A DNA stretch of 17,427 nucleotides, taken from contig NW_021824894.1 of NCBI RefSeq assembly GCF_006345805.1, positions 1 through 17,427 of the forward strand, in the 5' to 3' direction. Source of the stretch: Octopus sinensis (taxonomy: Eukaryota). The notes beneath the pieces were generated by a model. That model was not told the origin of the DNA, did not search any database, and saw only the letters and a list, made by a program, of their open reading frames with translations. A program made the translations under genes and the position numbers. Shown here one piece after another: positions 10,715 through 17,427 of the stretch (within the stretch, counting starts at the first letter, position 1; the number at the start of each line of letters is the position of its first letter).

Positions 10715-11157
10715 CAGTAGTTTTATTTTTATAGCGTGCTTTCACTTCACTACCGAGCACAGCTCTGTGTGCTTTGGGTATCAACACTTTAGCTGTCCCA
10801 GTTATAAGTTACAGCTACAATATCCTTAACTGGACACGAAATGAACTGACCTATGTTTCCAGAGGTGAATTATTCAAACTCCAAAGAATCCCTCTCAACA
10901 CATGGCCATGATGCTCCCCCACTACTTCTGCTCGTGATCAGAGATGCACGTATTGTCAGCCACAAGGGACATGCTCAACTGGTTAAGGTCAAACAACTGA
11001 CAAGCAATTTGTGGTATTGAGCAGATATTTGCTGTAGCCCATCTTTTATACCAAGACAAAACAATGTACATGATAACACTTCCAATCAGTTAAGATCAGA
11101 AGCCATGAGAGCCACTGCCTGGTACTGCATCAGGGCATTTTCTGCATCAGGGCATTT
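10715..11157. repeat. Mosaic: Dong 3' UTR piece, inverted RT piece, partial module copy 3
   Basis: 10715-10781 copies the Dong 3' end at 8678 onward; 10777-10851 is the reverse complement of 9884-9958; 10849-11140 is the distal part of the module; 16-bp duplication ctgcatcagggcattt at the end. Confidence 0.9.
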
Positions 11158-11380
<223 letters not shown>

Positions 11381-11544
11381 TCATCAATGCAAGTATGTGT
11401 CTATTCATTATTATTTTATTTATTCTATTCAATTTTAGAAAAACTGAAGCGTGTCTTGGACTATTCCGGAGCATTCTGAACTGATTTTGTGCATGACTTT
11501 TGGTTCACTCTGTACATTTCCTTGTATATTTCCTTTCCTGTGGT

Positions 11545-11910
11545 ACTCTTCCAAAATGTTAAAAGAAGGTGTAATATGCCCTGTCCATCAGAGCTGATGC
11601 TAAAAATTACAGGTCTATCTCTCTGAGCTCAAAAGGTCATGCAACGCATTGTCAAAAGAAGGCTAATCACGTTCCGAGAATAAAATAGACAAAAACACAA
11701 CATGGCTACCGTCGAAGGAAGAGTTGCCTCACACAGCCACTACAGCATTATGACCGGATACTGAAACGGCAGTTCAACCACTCATATGTGGATGTGAGAT
11801 ACCACAGCTTTGCCAAGGCCTGTCACAAAATGCGTGATCTTGGTATTGCTGAAAAATTAGGAGAGGGACCGCATAACGATTTAGATGTCAAATGTCAGAC
11901 AATATTTTAA
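11545..11910 (+). pseudogene. CR1/L2-group LINE reverse-transcriptase fragment
   Basis: Manual translation NYRSISL..KVMQRIV..TQHGYRRRKSCLTQPLQHYDRILKRQFNHSYVDVRYHSFAKACHKMRDLGIAEKLGE matches the pattern YRPISL..QHGFR.GRSCLTQL..VD.IYLDF.KAFD of CR1-group RTs, with deletions and stops. Confidence 0.8.
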
Positions 11911-11926
11911 AAACAACAGAGAATGT

Positions 11927-12080
11927 AGTTCTATATTTAAGAGATGAGGAATTATGTACATTATTTACATTATTTACAATATTTACATTCGACGGATATT
12001 TGTCCTCATCTTGTTTGTTGTTAACAGAACGTTTCTTGAGGAAATTTCGAACCTGGGTTCAAAAAGTATTTTTCGATATT
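11927..12080 (-). mobile_element. Left (inverted) arm of HHR-bearing palindromic element; ribozyme core deleted
   Basis: Reverse complement of 13641-13799, lacking the 33 nt of 13690-13722 but retaining gaaacgtt. Confidence 0.88.
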
Positions 12081-12096
12081 GTTATCGTTATTATTA

Positions 12097-12143
<47 letters not shown>

Positions 12144-12172
12144 TATTGTTATTGTTCATGTCATATGCCCGC

Positions 12173-12238
12173 GGGCATATGACGTAGTGGTTAAGAGTGC
12201 GGGCTACTAACCCCAAGATTCCGAGTTCGATTCCAAGC
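12173..12238 (+). mobile_element. tRNA-derived Pol III head (A and B boxes) directly followed by (AAT)n
   Basis: A-box tgacgtagtgg 12180-12190; B-box agttcgattcc 12224-12234; anticodon-like stem-loop cggg-ctactaa-cccc; no acceptor-stem closure, so not a functional tRNA. Confidence 0.8.
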
Positions 12239-12254
12239 AATAATAATAATAATG

Positions 12255-12318
<64 letters not shown>

Positions 12319-13582
12319 GAGGGAGGCCGTGGTCTTTTGCAACTGGCAATAACAATGAAGATTGCTACAATTGGCCTAGACACCTACCTGAAAAACTCTG
12401 AGGACTGGATGTTAAAACTTGTCTCAAAACATGAAAACAAGAAAGCATCATACTCAGTCACAAAACAGGCAAAGGAATATCTAAGTGAATTCCGAATACA
12501 ACCAATTTCGGAATTAGAGATAGACATACAAGAAACAAGCACAGAAAAAGCTAGGCGCATGAAAACCCGTGCCAAAACTGCGGCCTTAGATATTCTGAAT
12601 AATAAATGGCAAGAAAACCTCTCTGTGGCAAATACCCAAAGAGAGCGAATAATGCAGATATCGACAAAGCCCTGACCCATCAATGGCTAATGGCCTCTGG
12701 CTTAAAATCTGAAACAGAGGGGTTTATCATAGCAGCTCAAGATCAATGCCTACCAACGAGAAACTACCTGGCCAACATATTAAAGATCAGAAGCAGTCCA
12801 ACGTGTCGTGTATGCAAGCAACAAAATGAAACCATTGACCATGTGGTCTCCAAGTGCAGTCTTCTAGCGCCTACAGAGTATCTCAACAGGCACGATAGAG
12901 CTGCACAATATATTCACTGGGTAATCTGTAAAAACCTGGATTTGCCCCATGAAAAAAAACTGGTGGGAACACAAACCACCCCCAGTGCTTGAAAATGACC
13001 ACATCTCACTCCTCTGGAACTTCACCATTCAAACTGACAGGAAGATAGATGCAAATAGGCCAGACATCATAAAGAAGACTTCAAACAAAGAACATGCCTC
13101 CTCATTGATATGACTGTCCCAATCGATATAAACGTATCTGTCAGGACCTACCAAAACTGAGCAAATATAAAGATCTTGAAATAGAAATCAGCAAAATGTG
13201 GAAGCTGAAGACTAAAACAATACCTGTTGTCATAGGTGCCCTGGGAATGATAGCAAAGGGGCTGATAGCTACCTAACTCAGATACCAGGAACCCCAAAAA
13301 TGGCAGAAGTTCAAAAGATAGTGCTCATGGGAACTGCTCATATCCTACGCAAAATAATCTCTATGTAACCTCAAGGTTTAAAAACAACCATAATTTTCGG
13401 TTTAAAAAAAAAAAAAAAAAAACTTTTTTTTTTAGACATTCATTAGTACAAACATCCCCCCCCCAAATATATGGCACACTAGGCATAACAACAACATGAA
13501 CCTCCAACCCTGTTGTCTCTTGAGGTCTCTGGGTGAGACTTGGAGCCAACTTGTACAAATATAAAGCAAAAGTCAAACATAG
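12319..13582 (+). mobile_element. Second 5'-truncated, frameshifted R4/Dong-type LINE
   Basis: EGGRGLLQL..; GLKSETEGFIIAAQDQCLPTRNY..CRVCKQQNETIDHVVSKC..RHDRAAQYIH; NRPDII..IDMTVP..KLSKYKDLE..IPVVIGALG; 3' UTR gaggtctctgggtgagacttgga. (AAT)n at 12239-12318 and 13583-13641. Confidence 0.92.
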
Positions 13583-13604
13583 AATAATAATAATAATAAT
13601 AATA

Positions 13605-13640
<36 letters not shown>

Positions 13641-13642
<2 letters not shown>

Positions 13643-13799
13643 TCGAAAAATACCTTATAAATGAGAACCCAGGTCCGAAATTTCCCCAAGACACCTGAAG
13701 AAGGCTGGAGGTTATACCAGCCGAAACATTGTGTTAACAACAAACAAGATGAAGACAAATATCCGTCGAATGTAAACAATGTAAATAATGTAAATAATG
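13641..13799 (+). mobile_element. Right arm of HHR-bearing palindromic element (PLE terminal-repeat-like)
   Basis: Inverted homologue of 11927-12080; ends in tandem aatgtaaat units; contains the HHR motif. Confidence 0.85.
13690..13735 (+). ncRNA. Minimal type I hammerhead ribozyme motif (helix III variant ACAU)
   Basis: Helix I gacac/gtgtt; core CTGAAGA 13695-13701 plus an extra A; helix II ggctgg/ccagcc; GAA 13723-13725; ACAT-T where the sister copy has ACGT-T. Confidence 0.75.
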
Positions 13800-14209
13800 A
13801 ACAGAGAATGTCTTAAGGGAAATTTGACTGCTATTTCTGGGATTTTTAATAACCACCTAGAAGCTCGCTTGTTAGCTCGCCTCGCCTTATATGTAGTAAA
13901 AGTTACGCGTGCATTCAACAGTGATTAGTTGAAAGACTTAACTCATTTGTAACATAATTTACAGTTTGAGTAAATTATGCATAATAGTCATTATATAGGA
14001 CTACGATCAATGTAATTGTAAACTTGAAATGGTTTAACTGCTTCATAAGAGGATTTATTGTTTTAATCGGTTATAACGCTGCCATGATATAATGATATAA
14101 TGCTATACAACTACCACGCTTATAATGCTCCGGTCATTACACGGTGATATCAATAGCTGTGAATTTAAAGGAATTCATTCATGGGGAAATTTGAATTAAG
14201 AATACAACC

Positions 14210-14246
14210 ATATATATATATGTGTATATATATATATAATACATAC

Positions 14247-14291
<45 letters not shown>

Positions 14292-14301
14292 ATATATATC
14301 C

Positions 14302-14342
<41 letters not shown>

Positions 14343-14375
14343 CATAAATATATACATATATACAGATATATATAA
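14210..14375 (+). repeat. (TA)n/(CATA)n microsatellite
   Basis: Direct repeats. Confidence 0.95.
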
Positions 14376-14464
14376 ACACGCATACACAAACGTAGGAAGC
14401 TACTAATGCCAAACAACACCACAGTATCATGAATATGTGTTCGAATGCATGCATATATATGTAT

Positions 14465-14618
14465 AGGCGTAGGAGTGGTAAATAGCTTGCTTACGACCAC
14501 ATGGTTGCGGGTTCAGTTCCACTGCGTAGTACCTTGAACAAGTGTCTTCCATTATATCCTCGGCCCACCAAAGCCTTGTGAGTGGATTTGGTACAGGGAA
14601 ACTTAAAGAAGCTCGTCG
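14465..14618 (+). mobile_element. tRNA/CORE-like SINE, 5' half, running into (TA)n
   Basis: ggagtggtaa A-box-like; gggttcagttcc B-box-like; gtaccttgaacaagtgtcttcc CORE-like. Confidence 0.82.
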
Positions 14619-14651
<33 letters not shown>

Positions 14652-14652
14652 G

Positions 14653-14686
<34 letters not shown>

Positions 14687-14688
<2 letters not shown>

Positions 14689-14864
14689 TGTGACAATTAT
14701 TCGGTTGCCAAAATAAAACTCCGACTTTCGTCTCGTTCGGGGCGGAAATCTGCTCCGGCATCTCGTCTGTCTTAATAACTGATGAGATGCCGTACAAGCA
14801 TTCCCGCCCGCCCCGACATCCGAAAGTCGAGTTTTATTTATGCCAACCGAATAACTGTCATATA
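14687..14864. mobile_element. About 180-bp foldback element within (TA)n (MITE-like or HHR-bearing PLE-type palindrome)
   Basis: 14687-14730 pairs with 14821-14864; 14737-14745 with 14808-14816; 14756-14764 with 14784-14792. Confidence 0.85.
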
Positions 14865-14934
14865 TTATATTACAGATAAATTCCTCTATTTACATAATAT
14901 CGAGGTCTCATTCATTCTTTTGTTGTCATACCAT

Positions 14935-14966
<32 letters not shown>

Positions 14967-14969
<3 letters not shown>

Positions 14970-15177
14970 TGTGTGTCTGTGTTTGTCGCCCCCCAACATC
15001 ACTTGTCAACCCATGCTGGTGTGTTTATGTCTTTATAAATTAGAGGGTCGACAAAAAACAACGATAGAATAAGTACTAGGCTTACGAAGAATACATCTTG
15101 GGGTTGATTTGCTCGACTAAAAGCGCTGCCCCAGCATGCCCACAGTAAAATGACTGAAACATGTAAAACAATAAAAG
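14967..15177 (+). mobile_element. SINE 3' half, probably the continuation of 14465-14618
   Basis: aataagtactagg..tggggttgatttgctcgact resembles the SINE core at 1877-1918; A-rich tail. The link to the 5' half is inferred. Confidence 0.6.
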
Positions 15178-15187
15178 AATATATATA

Positions 15188-15397
15188 CCAGAGTAAGCAC
15201 ATAGATGCGAAGCAAGGTGGTAAAAATAGTACTCGAATACCAGAAGTATAGTAATATGCTTTAATAAAAAGCTGCAATACTTTCACATTTCTGTTCGTCG
15301 GAAAGGTTTTGTTTAGAATTCTAAACAAAACTGTCCAATGAACGGGAACATGAAACTCTGAGTGACAGTTTTTGTGTTATTTTTGCTGCTTTTTGAT
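15188..15397. mobile_element. Asymmetric palindromic element with divergent HHR-like motifs
   Basis: Perfect 26-bp palindrome at 15306-15331; the arms beyond it are inverted homologues, each with a hammerhead-like core. Confidence 0.75.
15327..15372 (+). ncRNA. Degenerate type I hammerhead fold, probably inactive
   Basis: Helix I aaaactgt/acagtttt (8 bp), core ccaatga, helix II acg-ggaa-cat, GAA, helix III act-ctg-agt, position 17 = G. Confidence 0.6.
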
Positions 15398-15513
15398 AAT
15401 ATATATACATATGTTTACATATGTATATATATATATTATATATATATATATAATAACATTATTGGTGAATTGAAGAATGGAGCTGAACGCAGTTTGAACA
15501 GAAATCGTTTTAT

Positions 15514-15602
15514 TATCATTCTACACGTGTTTCGAAAGGCACAAATTACCAAAATCACGATTGAATAATGGGACCATATTGTGTCTTTTCTTCAGGAAGA
15601 AA
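15514..15602 (-). ncRNA. Mirror hammerhead copy on the minus strand, lacking G10.1
   Basis: Minus strand CTGAAGA (15595-15589), aaagacac..gtgcctttc, GAA, palindromic helix III ACACGTGT (15530-15523), then A. Confidence 0.65.
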
Positions 15603-15989
15603 AAAGAAATCCTTGGAAAAACAAAAACAGCACAAGGCAGAGCAAAAACAAATCGAACTGTGCTCCTAAGAGCCCATGGCGAAATGTTTTACAGTGTATG
15701 TTGAGAACCGTGTGGCTGAAGAAAGTAACAGGATTGCCATAGGTCAGATCGTCAAACATGTGGGTGGGGGTGTATAGATGTTCTTTGTGACCGAGAACTT
15801 TATTCTCGTCACAATAAATCTATACACCCCCACCCACATGTTTGACCGATGCCTGACCTGTTGAATTCTTCAGCCACCGGTTCTCAACATACACTGATAA
15901 ACAGTTTCGCCATGGGCTCTTAGGAGCACAGTTCGATTTGTTTTTTGCTCTGCCTCTGTTCTGTTTTTGTTTTTCCAACGGATTTCCTT

Positions 15990-16076
15990 TTTCTTCCTGA
16001 AGAGAAAGACACAATATGGTCCCATTATTCAATCGGATTTTGGTAATTTGTGCCTTTCGAAACCGTGTAGAATGAA
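15990..16076 (+). ncRNA. Type I hammerhead ribozyme with complete catalytic core
   Basis: CTGAAGA 15997-16003; helix II gaaagacacaa/ttgtgcctttc with G10.1-C11.1; GAAAC 16059-16063; GTA triplet 16067-16069; helix I ttcttc/gaatga (one mismatch). Confidence 0.78.
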
Positions 16077-16286
16077 TAAAACGATTTCTGTTCAATCTGC
16101 GTTCAGCTCCATTTCTTCAATTCACCAATAATGTTTAATTTCAATTATCCGCCACCAACAACGCCGCAACGGTTTGCAACGCCAGATGGTTGTACCTCAC
16201 CGTGCTGTTCACTGCTGTGATTTTTGCTACTAAGATCGGTTAACTTTTGATTAATCCACTAAAGATTATTCATCTTTATATTTCAC

Positions 16287-16289
<3 letters not shown>

Positions 16290-16325
<36 letters not shown>

Positions 16326-16340
16326 GATAGATAGATATTA
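16290..16340 (+). repeat. (TA)n(GATA)n microsatellite
   Basis: Direct repeats. Confidence 0.93.
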
Positions 16341-16874
16341 TTAGGGTATTTTGGCGCCTTAAATAACAGTTTTGACTGTTTATTTCCAGCAGGCAGACAT
16401 ACTTAGTATGTCCTTTGATTAATTTTAAGCCCTCCACTATTTGATGCCTTTGGATGGGGGGCTGCTATCGCCTATATTATTGATTCTGTTATTATCATTT
16501 TAAATTGTTACACTAGATAATAATAGAGTCAATGATATCTTCACAAATTAATTTGTCATGAATTATTTGCTCCGTATTGAAATATATATATATATTTTGG
16601 TAACATTAGGATTATGCAAATTAAGCTCCTATTTCATTATGCCGGCTACCGTTCAATGATACTGACTTGTGAGTGAGATTTTCGGAGTTGTTTCATGATT
16701 ATACCGATGCAACCCTGAAATAACGTGATATAAATACAATAAAAACGATAATACCAGATGTGATGTCTACCTGCACACCATCTCTCAGTACGGGTTAATC
16801 TGAAGGAGATTTGTTTACTATTTCTAGCTTGCGAATTGATTGTGGCCTAGTACAAACTGCCTTGCATGACACTT

Positions 16875-16966
16875 GCCTTATCGGCACTGAGGAGATAAAA
16901 GGCAAAGACTAGTCGACGAGAAGATTTGAACCTAGAACCTAGTTTGACATTTTAACCAATTCAACC
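16875..16966 (-). mobile_element. Highly decayed SINE head
   Basis: Minus strand ggttgaattggttaaaatg..aggttcaaatc..gtcgactagtctttgccttttatc resembles the 1751-family head and core. Confidence 0.4.
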
Positions 16967-17079
16967 GGCGTGTTGCACTGAAAAGCCGACCGTTCGATCT
17001 TTTAGTATTAATTATATGTTACAATATTTCACCTTATTCTTTGATTACATAAATCCATTTAAACAACAAACAGCGAAGA

Positions 17080-17427
17080 AAATAATAATAACGGGAACAA
17101 CAAACTCAACATCAATGGTAACAGCTACACAGAACAATAACAACAACAACAACAACATCAGCCAAACAACGGCACCTTCAATGACAATACTGTCACCAAC
17201 AACCAAAACAAGAAGCATAACAGCAATACCAGAACTTTCGAGAACAACAACAATAAACAAACAAGGAAACACTAAACATACAAACAATAATATTTCTTTC
17301 TAGAAACAGACTTCAAACCCAAAGAATTATACAGGAATCAACAACAACAACAACAAACAAACAAAATGGAAACAAACACCGGGAAAAAAATGGAATTCAA
17401 ATAAAGGAATAAGCAACAAGCAGCAAA
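17080..17427 (+). repeat. Degenerate (AAC)n / A-rich low-complexity tract
   Basis: aacaacaac runs and imperfect derivatives to the window end. Confidence 0.85.

Larger units (their letters stand above)
15455..16135. mobile_element. About 680-bp foldback (arms about 340 bp, 5-nt loop) with a hammerhead motif in each arm
   Basis: 15455-15797 is the reverse complement of 15803-16135 with scattered indels; loop cttta at 15798-15802. Confidence 0.93.

Noticed and set aside
8054-11157. CRISPR-like or other repeat-spacer array
   Set aside because: The repeats are eukaryotic microsatellites and long transposon modules, with no constant short repeat, unique spacers or cas genes.
12173-12238. Functional tRNA gene
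   Set aside because: No 3' acceptor strand, and the sequence runs straight into (AAT)n; treated as a SINE-type head.
13953-13979. 10-bp perfect hairpin cataatttac/gtaaattatg
   Set aside because: Very AT-rich and isolated, expected by chance at this composition.
14721-14830. Type III hammerhead reading of the small foldback (cgact/agtcg as helix III)
   Set aside because: Helix I cannot form in that register; the pairing is just the terminal inverted repeat.
17016-17303. Thr/Asn-rich 95-aa ORF and its antisense partner
   Set aside because: Arises from degenerate (AAC)n; no splice or homology support visible, though a low-complexity exon cannot be fully excluded.

Overview
This is AT-rich, microsatellite-dense, non-coding eukaryotic DNA with no intact protein-coding gene. 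The SINE families and simple-repeat density suggest an octopod cephalopod (inference from recalled families, not a database hit). Nearly all listed ORFs are microsatellite artefacts or pieces of dead transposons. Recognisable elements: two decayed mariner transposons, two 5'-truncated R4/Dong-type LINEs sitting in (AAT)n, a CR1/L2-like RT fragment, a possible RTE 3' remnant, several tRNA-derived SINEs, a MITE nested in a SINE, and a three-copy 558-bp (AAT)n-flanked module with a template-switch mosaic. The main finding is four sequence-unrelated palindromic (foldback) elements between 11.9 and 16.1 kb. Each carries type I hammerhead-ribozyme (HHR) motifs, intact, degraded or partly deleted, read outward from the palindrome axis, as expected for Penelope-like-element (PLE) terminal repeats. 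One element (11927-13799) has a 12-bp flanking direct repeat and combines a tRNA-like Pol III head, an (AAT)n linker and a hammerhead tail. It is a candidate ribozyme-bearing SINE, later invaded by a Dong LINE.
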